DNA of 64,000 bases from Eledone cirrhosa. Taxonomy: Eukaryota. A program made the translations under genes and the position numbers. Position 1 is the first letter of the stretch, and each line of letters begins with the position of its first letter. The stretch covers positions 384,338,001 to 384,402,000 of the forward strand of contig OZ024740.1 of the NCBI GenBank assembly GCA_964016885.1. The letters are read 5' to 3'. The notes beneath the pieces were generated by a model. The model searched no databases and was not told the origin of the DNA. It was given only the letters and a program-made list of their open reading frames with translations. Below, in pieces: positions 1 through 14,200 of the stretch.

Positions 1-84
1 GCATACATATATACTCACATAGAAACGTACATACATACTTACATACATACATATATACATACATAATACATACATACATACATA
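1..84. repeat. (ACAT)n microsatellite
   Basis: Imperfect tandem ACAT units. Confidence 0.9.
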
Positions 85-449
85 CGTGTACTTCTAGGTT
101 GCCTATATCCTAATCAATGAACCTTGTTTCTTGATTTAAAACCGGTTCTTTTTCTACTGGCGAAAAATGTTCAACATAAAGTTAGAACGTTCATATACTT
201 ATTATACATTACATGAATTTATAGATAGATTTTCTGAGGAAAAACTGGTAGTGACTTCCAAGTTTTAACAATTATGCCACATCAGAATGAAGAGCAACCA
301 TCGTTGAAACTTCGAAGTCATTTCTAAGATTTTCTTAATAAACTCTATCTATCATGCCCACACGTGTCGCGTGTTCAAACTGTTAACGCCTGTTTCAATA
401 TTCACGAAAACTGTAAAACCTTCCAGTAGATAGATACATAAAAGATAGA

Positions 450-3400
450 TATCTTTCTTTATTTGCCACAGGGCCGTACAAAAATGGAACATTACAAGAC
501 GTGACGACGGGGGTTTTAGATACAAATCATATATCTTTAACAGTAATAAATAACGATAAACTATATATAATAAAATAACAATTGAAATCCCCAATAGGGG
601 GGGGGGACGTTACTGCAGGGTTGTTTTACACCCCGTGGATAGAACAACCCTCAACACCAGGAACACAGTTTGTAGGTGTTCCTGTCTTCCCTCTGTTCAT
701 CTTCCTCAACCTAGAGGTATATATACAGAGAAGGCCCATTCACTCGGGCCATTTTCGACACATTCAGCCACCTTTCAGCGAATTTACTGGGATGTAGCAC
801 CTCTCACCACTCTCACCTTCCTTCTGAAGTGGTACTTAAAGAAGGGGATAAGTTGTTGTCCGGAGAGAAAGGTGTTTGCCCTCAGTCCTTTTAACCTCAT
901 CCACCATATTACCTCTTTCGCCATAGCCACCAGACAGAGGAAAAGCGCCTCTCCTACATTCTTAAATGAAGACGCCGGGTTGATCCTCACGATGGACTCG
1001 GCTGACAACTGCATGCGTCCCACACGTGACAGTAGCTGTTCGACATAATTCCACAGGTCGGTCAGCCCTGGGCACTGAACAATTGCGTACAAAACGGTTT
1101 CGATCTCCTGCTCGCATCTTGGACAGGTCCTTTTGGCAGGATATCTGCCAGGGCGTACGTGCCTGTAGAATTCGTCTCGAACTGGTAGAGCTCCTCGGTA
1201 GCACAGCCAGGCCAGAGACCTCTGGAAGTTATCCATAGGCCCAGGGCGGAAAGTCCTCCCGAACAGACTGCTCAGTTCGTCCTCTTCGATGCCTAGAGTT
1301 TCCCCGAAAACGTCGTCGCACTTATCCTTCACTAATCCCCTATAGAATGTCGAAGTGGAGCCTCCGCTGATTGCCGCTTCCGCTTGAACGCCTGAAAGCA
1401 CTCGAGGTGCCAGACACCCATTTTCGGTCTTCGATTGACCCAGGACTGCAGCTCTGCTAGTGAGGCGAGTTGTAGAAGAGCTTGTCTCACAAACCACAGC
1501 CACACCGGTTCACCGGTCAGGAATACTTGGAGATGACGTAACCTCAGCGCGTGTTTGCGCATCATCAGCCACGGCATGTCCAGCCCTGCGTTAGAAGGGT
1601 GTTTAAGCAGATGCATCTCCTCAGCAATGGAGCCTGTTTCTTCCAGAGGTACTTGAAGAGTAGATGTTCCATTTTGGTGAGTTATTAGCGGGGACAAGGC
1701 AGGACTGTCAAGCGGTAGTAGATGACGGACGCTATGTAAGTGTTCTCCACCTCCGATCGACTTTTCAAGGAGAGTTTTCACTCAGCCCACTTCTGGGTGA
1801 GTGCAAACACCTTCGCCGTGACCTCGTTCCAGTTGTTGTCTATCTGGAGGTCTGGACTAAACTAGACCCCCAGCGATTTCACCGGTTTTTCCGTCCAGCG
1901 ACCAACGACACTGTCGGAAGGCATGGGTTTGCCTCTCCATGTGCCGAGTTGCAAACCGACAGACTTGTTTGAGTTTAGTCTTGCTCCTGTCAACGTTTCG
2001 TATTCCTGTAATAGGTTGCCGATTACCCCGATTTCCGAGGTTTTCGACACCATTACGCTTATGTCATCGGCATAGGCTGACGCTGCTTTCCGCAGTTCTG
2101 ATTCGATCGGGATGCCCTGCAACAGCTCCAATTTCCGCAGTAATGGCTCAAGAGTCAGTACATACAGAATGGAGAAGAGAGGGCATCATTGACGGATGGA
2201 TCGCATGATTTGGAATGGTCCGATAGGTAGCCATCCACCTTGACTGCCGAACAGATGCTGGTGTGCATGGCAGCGATCCAGCCTCTGAACACGGGACCGA
2301 AGCCAGCCGCCTTGAGAACGCTTCCAAGTATTGATGGTCGACCGTATCAAATGCCTTAGACTGATCTAAATTGATCAGAGCCCCACCAAAGCCAGGTTTA
2401 CACCCTACCCTCTCTATGATGTATCGCATGAGGTGGAGGTTGTCGTGTATGGTCCTGGTCGGGATTGCGCACGCTTGCGCTTCCCCTACCAGGTTATCGA
2501 CGACAAGCGCCAGCCTTGCTGCTAACACCTTGGCCAAAATCTTTAACTCTGTGTTGAGCAGAGTTTTGGGCCTTAAATTGCTTGTCTCATCCCCCTTGTT
2601 CTCATCTTTCCTGATCAGCGTTACTACGCCTCTGCCTACAGAACTGGGAATCCTCCCGTCCTGCTGTCAGTTGCAGTAGACCGCTTCGAGCACGCCAGAG
2701 AACAAGTCTGGCATGCCTATGTAGACCATCTAAACCGGGTGATTTGCGTTTCCCGCAGCGGCCTAGGGCATCTTCTATTTCGCCCGCTGTGTTTAGCCTT
2801 TCGCAACTCTCCGCATCCGTGCTCGAGAGTCGTGGTATGCCATCGAGGTAGGAGCTGAAGTCCATCACCTCGCTCGATGTACCGCTTTGCCCGAACAGTT
2901 GTGCAAAATGCTGCTGGAAGGCCGCACACATCTGCTTGGATTCAAGTATAATGCGTCCATCTTTGTCTTGCAAAGACCGAATTGTGGATTTGTTGCCACT
3001 TTTCGTCTCTGCCACTCGGGCCCAGCTAACAGCTTTGGCTCCCTCGTTTCTTAGAGCACGTGTTCTACTTCTGACAATACAACCTTCGTGTTTCACGTTG
3101 AAAAACTTGTCTAGTGCCGTTCTCGCCGCTAGCAGGTCAGCTGTACTGGCATTCCTAAGTGCCTCTTCTATTTTAGCTACCAGTTCATTTTCATTTTTTT
3201 TTCTGAAGCTACTTCCTTGCTAAATGCTATCGATTCTATTCTAATTGCTCTCTTGAGAGAGCTCTACCACCTGTTGTTGACGATCGTACCCGTCAACTGG
3301 CACTTAACTAAGATGCTAATCCGTTTACTGTAGGCCTTACGCGCCGGGAGCGACCTGTTTAGCTTCCAGTATCCGGGTCCCTGTCTATGTGTTCTATCAA

Positions 3401-4452
3401 GGTTGATTACGCAGGTGACTAATTTCTGGTCTGAATAGGCAACCATGTGCATTTATGGACAGCTTAATGTTTCCTTATCGTTCTGTCTAATTAAAAATCT
3501 ATCTAAATACGATCTAGAAGACCCAGTGCGGTTGCTTCACGTCCACAGTGGTGCACTTGGGAAGTCTAGTCGATATCTATTAGCCAGTTGGAATTGGCTG
3601 ATGAGATTTTTGAGGTTATTACACCCCACTCTATTATAACAAGCTCCTACATAGTCCCAACGTGCGTCTAAGATGCCATTCCAGTCCCCCGCTAACACTA
3701 AGGAGCGAGACATTCCCAGGAATAGCTCCAGACGCTTGAAGAACTCTGGCGCGATGCCCCAGTCGGGGCATATATGTCCACCAGTCTGAAAGCTCCACCT
3801 TCACTACCATTCACGTCCAGGACCACCAGGCTGCCCTCCGAGTCCAAGTGAATTGTCTGTATTTTGAGATCCAAGTTTTTTCGAAACAGAACAGCCACTC
3901 CCCCTCCACCTCCTGGCTGACAGAGAGATGCGTAGATCTCAAAATCATCGAACATGTGGGTTAGCTGCTGCTTGTCGTGAATTCTTGACTCGGTGATGGC
4001 TATCACATCTATACAATGTGACCTAAGATCATTTAAAAACTGGCCCTGTTTCCAGGACATGCCCAGGCCACGTACATTCAGACATCTAGCTTGTATAGTC
4101 GCCATGTTCGTGAAGAAGAGTTAAGGGGAGAAAAGGCATGAACCTTTTCGTTTCCTGGAGGTCGGATTGTTCGATCTCCATGTCCAGATTGGGGAGGCAG
4201 GGAATCCTTTTAGCAGGACACGGTTAAGGGGCTTTTGGCAAGGGGGGCCCACATCATGTGGGGAGTTCTCTTTTAAAGTTTCATACTGTAGGGTTGTTAC
4301 CCTGATAAGTTTGAGGTTTGGGGGAGTGTCGTTGGTGGGGAAGGTTTTCCCTTCCGTTTGTATTATGGGGTCCTTTCCGACAATTTCCACCAGTTCTTTG
4401 TTTCTTGCTTTTATGTATGTGTAGTGTGTTTTGTTTTTTATGTGTACTGTTT
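450..4452 (-). mobile_element. Tx1/L1-clade non-LTR retrotransposon copy 1, 5'-truncated within ORF1, frameshifted
   Basis: APE start MATIQARCLNVRGLG (3698-4105); RT motifs KSPGLDG, LDQSKAFD, AYADD; C-terminal CPRC..ETVLY..VQC; 3' AATAAA; GATA repeats on both flanks. Confidence 0.92.
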
Positions 4453-5429
4453 CTAGATAGATAGATAGAGAGAGATGTGTGTGAAATGATAAACAGACAG
4501 GAATATAAATGGAACCGATATGTATGAGTACTTGCTCTATATGATGTTGTTGTGGCAACTGTCGCTGCTGCTGCATGAGCAGGTTGTGTTTTTGTTCTCT
4601 ATTAAAAACCACGCCAGCTCACGCGAAAAAGAGGAAGTATATAAGGATTCATCATCTAACATTTAAAGGACACACTGGGCATATCAAAACTCTTCAAACA
4701 GTAGTGATTTGATATGTATTTCTTCGACTTCCCACTATAATCAGTATGTTGCTGTATACTAGTGTGTAGGTGAGAGCATGTATGCGTGTGTGCATGTGTG
4801 CGTGGATATATGTTCCGCGCGTATGTGTGTGGATGTATGTGTTTGTTTGTATTTAATCATACACCCCCCCAAACACACACACTTATACGGGTGTGTGTGC
4901 GTGTGTGTATGTGTGTATTTATGCGTGTGTGTAATTACGGTGTCAGAGAGAGTGAGTATGTGTGTGTGTGAGTGTGTGTTTGTGGGTGTTAATACTTGCA
5001 CGTACATCCCAATATCTTTCACTCTTTCTGTCTCCTCCTCCACACTCACTATCTCTTTCTCACATACCTTTATTCGTTTTATCAGTTGAAAATGATATTT
5101 GATGTGAGATGTGTAGGAAGGAAACTGCCGTAAACAGAGGGCTAAATATACCATTACTGAACTTAGAGATGCGAGTGTTAGATAAATTTAATTGATCATT
5201 CCCTAGCGAAATCTGGAATTCTCGGCCTCGAACCCAACACCTAACACTTTACTTTTTAAACAGATTTGAATATTTCAACTACTTCTTTCATAAACATCTC
5301 ATTCTGTTGTCGCTTTCGGCTGGTCGGCCATCATCGACATTCTGCATAAACATAATAATCATCTTCCTCATCATCATCATCATCATCATCATCATCGCTA
5401 TCATAACCAGAAGCAATGGCAGCAGTAAC

Positions 5430-6112
5430 ATAATAATTGTTTCTACTTTAGGCACAAGGCCAGCAATTTTGGGGGAAGGGAAAGCCGATTTAATCGACTC
5501 CAGTGCGTGACTGTTACTTTATTTTATCGACCCCGTAAGGATGAAAGGCAAAGTTAATCTCGGTGGGATTTGAACTCAGGACGTAGAGGGCCATAACTCT
5601 GTGCTGCAAAGCAGTAGCATAATAGTAATAATTGTTTCTACATTAGGCACAAGGCCAGCAATTTGAAGGAAAGGGGAAAGTCGATTAAACCGACTCCTGT
5701 ACATTAATGGTACTTCATTTTAAAGGGCCGTAACTCTATGATTCATCCCTTTATGTCTGATTTCAGAACGTAAAGGGCTGTAGCTCAAGGCCACAAAGCA
5801 TGTTCGATGCTTTTCCGATACTGCCAATAATAATGATGGTTTCCGATTTAGGCACAAGGCCACCAATTTGGTGAGATGGAAAGTTGTTTAAATCTAATCC
5901 AGTACATTACTGGTACTTTATTTTGAAGAGCCGTAATTCTATGATTCATCCCTTTATGTCTGAGTTCAAGTCGCGCCGACGTTAGCTTTGTTTTCATTCT
6001 TAATTGGTTGATAATATAAAGTACCATTTACGCACTGACATCGATTTGATTGACATGACCCTCCCCCCAAATTTCTGGCCTTGTGCCTCAAGTATAAACA
6101 CTTATTATTATT
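5430..6112. mobile_element. Cluster of decayed tRNA-derived SINE copies (three minus, one plus)
   Basis: Recurrent aattgtttctactttaggcacaaggccagc, tcgaccccgtaaggatgaaaggc and B-box gagttcaa segments matching the intact copies at 55467 and 62146. Confidence 0.8.
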
Positions 6113-6255
6113 TGAAACTTCCTTTGAATACTGCTACTTTCTCAAATCATGCTGAGTGTCATCCTGTCACTTGAAGCAATATTCTATAATACACACACTT
6201 TACAATCAATTGTCATTCAAATTATGCTACAAGGGCACAAACAACAATAACTGTC

Positions 6256-6286
<31 letters not shown>

Positions 6287-6288
<2 letters not shown>

Positions 6289-9200
6289 TTTATTTATTAA
6301 TCACAAGGGTTTACATAAAGTAGACATTAAGGACAGTGCAGGACAATACAGGATGCTAGAAATGGGAATGTCTGCGTGTAAAAAACAAAAACAGAGGATG
6401 TTACAAAAAATAACAATGAAAAATTCCCCAATAGGGGGGAGACTTCGGAGGTACATTTGTGGAGAAAGCCCAGTAAAAGTTCACAGTGACCCTGACCACC
6501 TAGGCAAGTGCCCTCTCTCAGTTTTCCACCTTTAATTTACAGAGACGTACTCAGAGTAGGCCCATTCACTCGGGCCATTCTTGCTTCTCTCACCAATCTT
6601 TCAACAAAATGCTGGGAAGAGAGCACTTCCCTCTCTACTCTGATTTTCCTTTTCAAATGAAATTTGAAAAAATCAATCAGGGCATCACCGAAGAGGTAAG
6701 TGCTTGTCTGCAGCCCTTTCAAACGTGTCCACCATACTATCTCTTTCGCCATGGCCACCAGACAGATACAAACTGCCTGCCCTTCCCGGCTAAAGGAAGA
6801 GGGCGGGGCAATCCTCACGATGGACTCAGATGATAACTGGATCCGTCCTACACGCGACAGCAGGTGTTCGACATAAACCCACAAGTCAGCAATTTTCAGA
6901 CACTGGACGAGTGCGTGCAGGACGGGTTCGTCGCCCTGCGTGCATCTCGGAGATGCCCGGCTGACGGCACCTCCATGCCTGTAGAGTTTATCCCGAACTG
7001 GCAAGGCTCCTCGGTAGCACTGCCAGGCCAGAGATTTCTGGAAGTTGTCCATAGGTCCCGGCCCGAAAGTTCTTCAGAAGAGATTAGCTAGTTGATTTTC
7101 GTCGACGCCTAGAGTTTCCCCAAGTACGTCGTCGCTCTTCCCCTCCACTAATCCTCTATAGAACGCCGAGGTGGAGTTTCCACCGATCACATTGCCCGAT
7201 TGGTCGAGGGTTGTGAGCGCCTGAAGACATTCCAGTCTCCAGGCGCTCCCTCTCGGTCTTCGCTTGACCCAGGACTGCAGCTCCGTCAAGGAAACGACCT
7301 GGGGAAATACGTGTCTAGCAAACGGCGACCACACTTGATGACCGTCGAGGAAGAGGTGGAGTTGTCGTAGCCTGAGCGCGTGTCTGCGCATCATTAGCCA
7401 CGGCATTCCCAGCCCTCCACGTAGCGGGTGTTGACAGCATATGGACCGCCTGACCATCGGAGCGCGTCGCTTCCACAAAAAGCGAAAGAGCAAACGCTCC
7501 AGCGCAGTCAGGCGGGGCTTAGGACAAGGTACGACGGTCAGGCGGTAGCAGATGACAGACGCGATGTGCGCGTTAGCCACCTCCGCTCGACCTTTCAGGC
7601 ATAGCTTCCTCTCCGCCCATTTCTGGGTGAGAGAAGCCACCCTGCTCGTCACCTCACCGCAGTTTTTGTCCGTCTGGAGGTCCGGACCGAACCAGACTCC
7701 TAGCAATTTAACCGGTCCGTCCGACCAGCGTCCGACAACGCTGTTGGACGGCATAGACCTGCCTCTCCAGGTGCCGAGCTGCAGGCCCACTGACACACCC
7801 TAGCTCTGACAACGCAGCCTTCGTGCTTTGCATTGAAGAATTAGTCAAGGGCCAATTTCGCCGCAAGCACGCCGGTGGCAATGACTTTGCTAAGCGCCTC
7901 GTCTAATTTTCTAACTAGTTCTCCCTCTGCTCTATTTTTCTCTATTGCTAAAGCCTTACTAAACCTAATGGATTCTATTCTAATCGCTCTTTTCACCACT
8001 TGTTGTTGACGATGGCCCCCGTCAACGCCCGCTTAACTAGTTCGCTAATCCGGTCTCTGTAGGCCTTGCGCGCTGGTAAGGACGCGTTTAGCTTCCAGTA
8101 GCCGGGTCCCCGTCTATGAAGCCTATCTAAGTCAAGTACACATATCACGAATTTGTGGTCTGTGTAGCTGACTATCTTGAATTGTGGACAGCCTATGCTA
8201 GACCTATCTATTTCCCTACAAAATACTCTATCTAGATATGATCTGGATGACCCTAAGCGATTTGTCCAAGTCCACATTGGCACATTCGGGAAATCCAATC
8301 GGTACCTGTCAGACAGTTCAAAACGCCTGAGCAGGTTGGTGAGGCTCTTGCACCTTCCTCCCCTATCCGCTAATCCCACACAGTCCCAGCGTGCATCTAA
8401 GATCCCGTTCCAGTCGCCCACTAACTCTAAAGAGCGTGACGTTCCAAGAAAGGTCTCCAGACGCCGGAAGAAATCAGGCCGCCCTGCTCCTGTCGGGGCA
8501 TAGACGGCCACTAGCCTGAAAGCTTGCCCGTCTCCGCTGGTCACGTCCAGCACCACCAACTTACACTTTGGATCCATGAAGATGGCCCGTATGGCGAGAT
8601 CCATACCTCCCCGAAAAAGCACAGCAACTCCTCCCCCCGATCCAGGACGGCTGGTAGATGCGTACACATCGTAGCCGCCGAAGATCGGTGCGAAGGCCCG
8701 TGCTTCGGAGATTCTGGTCTTGCTGATGGCCACTACGTCTATGTTTAGTGACCTGAGGTCGTTGAGCAGGTGACCCTGCCACCATGACGACCCCAAGCCA
8801 CGCGCATTTATGCTGCCTATTCTGAGTGAGGTCATGTTTAAAATAGAGTGGAAAAGATGGGAAAGACCACTTACCGTACTTTTCGTAGACGAAGGATGGT
8901 TTTTCCATCCCTTTTTACTGATCGTCTGGTGAAGGGACCGTTGAATCGTCCCTTTGGCTGGTCGTCGGCTCTTCTATGAGTATGTCCGAATATACTCTTC
9001 GGTTGAGAGTCCCTCCTAGGTCTCTCAAATCACCAACTGCGTTGGGGAATTTCGTTTTAATGTTTGTGTATTGTTTATGTGCTATTTTTAGCAGTCTTAT
9101 GTTAGATGGCGTTTTGATTCGTGCTGGTATTATGTAGTCGTGCTGTGAAATGTCTGTGTTCAATTATGTAAGTCATTAGTTTCTTGGTGTGTGTATTTAT

Positions 9201-11204
9201 TGCCGTGCATTTGTTTTTCTGGGGGTGGGGTGTGGTTCTGCTATTTTCTTGTCGTTGTTGCTGGGTGTGTGTGTGTGTTTTGTTGTGTTTGCGATGTTGG
9301 TGCTTGTGGTGGTGGTGTTGAAGGTGTTGTTGTTGTTGGCGGTGGGGTTTTCGCCGGTGGTGATGGTGGTGCTACTGTGGGTGGTGATGGTGTTGGTGGT
9401 GTTGCTGCTGCGAGTCTCTTTGCAGTAGCCTTTACCTTTTTTTCATTTCTGTCCTCCCTTTTCTAAGGCGACGATGCGCTGCTTCTGCGTTTGTGCCTTC
9501 TTACGACCTTTTGCCATCCCTCTCCCACCTCACACTCCATGTCTGATTCTGTGAGGTCGGGGAGGGGTACCAGCTCCACTCTTTCACTTGTTGTTGTTGG
9601 TGATGTTTGCACTGGAGTCTCTGTTGCAGCTGCATTTGGTATTACTGTTGTTGTTGTTAATATTTCCACTGCTGCTGCTGTTTTTGATTTCCGTGGCGTG
9701 GGTATGGGTGCCACGGACCTATCGTTCCTGGTTGCCGCTTGTCCTGTTGCTGATAGCCGTGGAGCCGGTTTCGGAAGGAGGGGGGTTTTCTCCTTTCTCA
9801 GGGTCTTCTCGTTGCAGAAGGCCCTGAGGTGAGTTTTCGATCCACAGCGAAAGCATTTCGGGCGTTTGCCCTCAACACTTATGGGCAGTTGAGTGCCGTT
9901 ATCGAAGTCTATCACATCCGGGATAGCTTCGATGCACTCCTGGTTGGTTTGGATTAACATCTCAATGGAGGTGCCGACCCAATCTTCTCTTACTTTTTTC
10001 TGTACTTGCAGTACAGTTGTTTTGTCCTCGATTCCGACGAGGACAGACGCGGCCAGCCGAGAAGGGGCCATCCCGGGGGGGGGGGGACGTGGGTCAGTTT
10101 GACCCTCACAGTTTTTTGCCCACAGTAGGAGGGCACCAACACCATTTCCTCGCTCCTTAGGGTCACTAAGGATTGAGCCTTTGCCTCCTGGGTGTGGCTA
10201 AAAGCACGTCTACGGTGGCATATTTCTTGCCTCAGGTGACGTGCGTTTTCCGCTGCCACACAGACCCTAAGGCTTTTTGTATTTGAGCCTCTGTGGCTCT
10301 TTCAACCCTACGGGATTTTGTGCTTACTGTGCGGTACGTGACCGTACAGTGCTGTTGGTTTCGAAAAAATTTTCGGCTGCCTTGCAGATTGCTCGGTGTC
10401 TGGTTTTCGTCACCATCTTCTTCGCTTCCTCTAATTCCTCATTTGTTATGAGGATGGTTTCCAGATTCTTTGCGATACCTGCAAACGAGATTGGTTTTTC
10501 TTTGCTGCTGTTGTTGTTGTTGTCGTCAGAGCTGCTGTTACTTTTGTTGTTGCTGAAGGTACTACGACTACTGCCGCCGCCGCTGTTGCTGTGGTTGTTG
10601 TTGTTGTTGCTGCTGCTGCTGTTGTTGTTGCTGTTTATGCTGATGATGATGCTGTTGCGGCTACTACTGTTGTTTTCCTTGTCACTGTTGCTGCTGTGCT
10701 GTTATTACGGCTGCTACTGCTATTATTCCTGACGTCAGACGAATGAAATGGGTTTTCGTATTTCCCGCACACCTTTTTCGTCGTTGTCGTTGTCGTCGTG
10801 GAGAAATCTTGCACGCTTTGCACGTGATTTTTCTTTTCTGGCGTCGCTTGCGAAAGAGAAGGGAGGGAGAGAGACACATTTAGAGAAGGGAGGGAGGGAG
10901 ACAATCTTCTCTCTGCTGTAGTGACGGTTCAGGAAGAAGAAGACGGAATGAGTGGGAGTGACCTATTTAAATTCTTTTTCGTAGCCATGTTGTTTTTTTT
11001 GTTTAAAATAAATATTGGGCACAAAACCCCAATAAGCGGTTATTTAACCCCGAAGGGCCAAATAACGGGCAGAAAGACCCCTCTCACGAGGAGGAGGGTG
11101 TTTTTGTCTACAAGTTGGTTAAAGTTTTAAACAATTGACAATTGTTATAGCGGTCAAAATTTACAATACCTTACAGAGCCGAGCCTCCGTCAACCATAGC
11201 ATTC
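6287..11204 (-). mobile_element. Tx1/L1-clade element copy 2; both ends apparently present, RT core deleted
   Basis: ORF1 with CCHC knuckle CFRCGSKTHLRAFC (9463-10071); APE 7993-8835; post-RT region 6537-7796; (AAT)n on both flanks. Confidence 0.93.
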
Positions 11205-11222
11205 AATAATAATAATAATAAT

Positions 11223-14200
11223 GGTTTCTTTATTAACCACAAGGGTTTACATAAAGTAGACATTAAGGACAGTACAGGACAGTACAGGACGGTACAAATG
11301 GGAATTTCTGCGTGTAAAAAAACAAAAACAGAGGATGTAACAAAAAAATAACAATGAAAAATTCCCCAATAGGGGGGAGACTTCCGAGGGACATTCGTGG
11401 AGAAAGCCCATTAAAAGGCCACAGTGACCCTGACCACCAGGGCAAGTGCCTTTTCCACCTTTAATTTACAGACACATACTCAGAGTATGCCCTTTCACTC
11501 GGGCCATACTTGCTTCTCTCACCCATCTTTCAACAAAATGCTGGGAAGAGAGAAATTCCCTCTCTACCCTGATTTTTCTTTTCAAATGAAATTTGAAGAA
11601 GTTAATCAGGGGATCACCGAAGAGGTAAATGCTCGTCTTCAGCCCTTTCAAACGTGTCCACCATACTATCTCTTTCGCCATGGCCACCAGACATGTAAAA
11701 ACTGCCTGTCCTTCCCGGCTAAAGGAAGACGGTGGGGCTATCCTCACGATGGACTCAACTGATAGCTGGATCCTTCCTACACGTGACAGCAGGTGTTCGA
11801 CATAAACCAATAAGTCAACAATGCTCGGACACTGGACGAGTGCGTGCAGGAGGGTTTCGTCGCCCTGCACGCATCTCGGACATGCCCGGCTGATGGCACT
11901 TCCATGCCTGAAGAGTTTATCCCGAACTGGCAAAGCTCCTCGGTAGCACTACCAGGCCAGACATTTCTGGAAGTTGTCCATAGGCCCACGCCCGAAAGTT
12001 CTTGCGAAGAGATTCGCTAGATGATTTTCGTCGACGCCTAGAGTTTCTCCAAGTACGTCGACGCTCTTCCCCTCCACTAATCCTCTATAGAACGCCAAGG
12101 TGGAGTTTCCACCGATCACATTGCCCGATTGGTCGAGGGCTGTTAGCGCCTGAAGACATTCCTGTCTCCAAGCGCTACCTCTCGGTCTTCGCCTGACCCA
12201 GGACTGCAGCTCCGTCAAGGAGACGAACTGAGGAAAGACGCGTCTAAAAAACGGCGACCACACCTGATCACCGTCGAGGAAGAGGTGGAGATGTCGTAGC
12301 CTGAGCGCGTGTCTGCGCATCATCAACCACGGCATGCCCAGCCCTCTACGTAGCGGGTGTTGACAGCAGATGGACCGCCTGACCATCGGAGCGCGTCCCT
12401 TCCACAAAAAGCGAAAGAGCAAACACTCCAGCGCAGTCAGGCGGGACTTTGAACAAGGTACGACGGTCAAGCGGTAGTAGATGACGGACGCCATGTAGGC
12501 GTTAGCCACTTCCGCTCGACCTTTCAGGGATAGCTTCCTCTCGGCCCATTTCTGGGTGAGAGAAGCCACCCTGCTCGTCACCTCGTCCCAGTTTTTGTCC
12601 GTCTGGAGGTCCGGACCGAACCAGACCCCTAGCAATTTAACCGTTCCGTCCGTCCAGCGCCCGACGACGCTGTTGGACGGCATGGACTTGCCTCTCCAGG
12701 TGCCGAGCTGCAGGCTAACTGACTTTTCCTGGTTGATCATTGCTCCTGTCACCGCTTTGTATTCTCTTGGTGTAGTGTCGATCACCTTGATGTGTTTGGC
12801 GTTCTACACCACTACGGTGACATCGTCGGCATATGCTGACACGGATCTTCCGCATCCTAGTTCGCATGGGACCCCCCTCAACGTCTCCAGTTTGTGCAGT
12901 AAAAGCTCGAGAGTCAATACGTACAAGAGGGACGAGAGGGGACATCCTTGGCGGACCGAGCGCATGATGTTGAACGGTTCTGAAAGGTGATCGTTCACTC
13001 TCACCACAGAGCAGATGTCGCTGTGCATGGCAGCGATCCAGCCTCTGAAGACGGTCCCAAAGCCAGCCGCCCTCAGGATCGCTGCTAGGTAACGATGGTC
13101 GACCCTATCGAAAGCTTTCGACTGATATAAATTGATCAAGGACCCACCCGTACCAGGTTCCCTAGCTACCCTCTCTACGATGTATCGCGTGAGGTGTAGG
13201 TTGTCGTGGATGGATCTGTCGGGAATGGCGCATGTCTGCGCCTCTCCCACCAGACCACCAACGACAATCCCCAACCTCTTTGCTAGCACCTTGGCCAAAA
13301 TCTTGAACTCTGTGTTTAGCAGAGTTATGGGCCTGAAATTATCTATTATATCCCCCTTGTTCGGATCTTTTCTCAGCAGCCCCACAACTCCTCGGCTCAC
13401 AGAGCTTGGAATTCTCCCGTTCTGTTGCCAGTTGCAGTAGACGTCCGCCAAGAGGCCTCCGAACAAGCCTGGCATCTGTACGTAAAGTTCATAGGGCAGA
13501 CCATCCAAACCAGGCGATTTACCCCTTGTGCAGCCAGTCATTGCCTCCCGTACTTCAGCGGCTGTTATCGGCTTTTCGCAACACTCCGCCTCAGTGGCCG
13601 AGAGCTACGGCAGTCCGTAGAGATAGACGCTAATGTCCATCCCTCAATCCGGCCCGCAGCTTCCCCCTGGGAATTGTCGCTGGAAAGCTTCACACATTTT
13701 CCCGGGATCGAGTAGCATGCGTCCGTCGTGTCCATCAAAGACCGGATCGTAGGTTTTGTTTCCACGACGCGCCTCCGCCACTCTGGCCCATTGAACGGCT
13801 TTCGTCCCCTCGTGTCTGAGGGCACGCACCCTAGCTCTGACAAGGCAGCCTTCGTGCTTTGCATTGAATAATTGGTCAAGGGGCCAATTTCGCCGAAAGT
13901 ACGTCGGTCGCGATGCTTTTGCTTAGCGCCTCGTCTAATTCTCTAAATAGTTCTCCCTCTGCTCTATTTTTCTCTATTGCTAAAGCCTTACTAAACCTCA
14001 TGGACTCTATTCTAATCGCTCTTTTCAGAGCTAAGCACCACTTGTTGTTGACCATGTCCCCGTCAACGCCCGCTTAATTAGTTCGCTAATCCGGTTTCTG
14101 TAGGCCTTGCGCGCTGGTAAGGGCGCGTGTAGCTTCCAGTACTCGGGTCCTCGACTATGAAGCCTATCTAAGTCAAGCACACAGATCACGAATTTGTGGT

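Noticed and set aside
8177-8503. Antisense ORFs conserved between Tx1 copies (also 14218-14544)
   Set aside because: Explained by the high identity of the APE coding strand; no independent evidence
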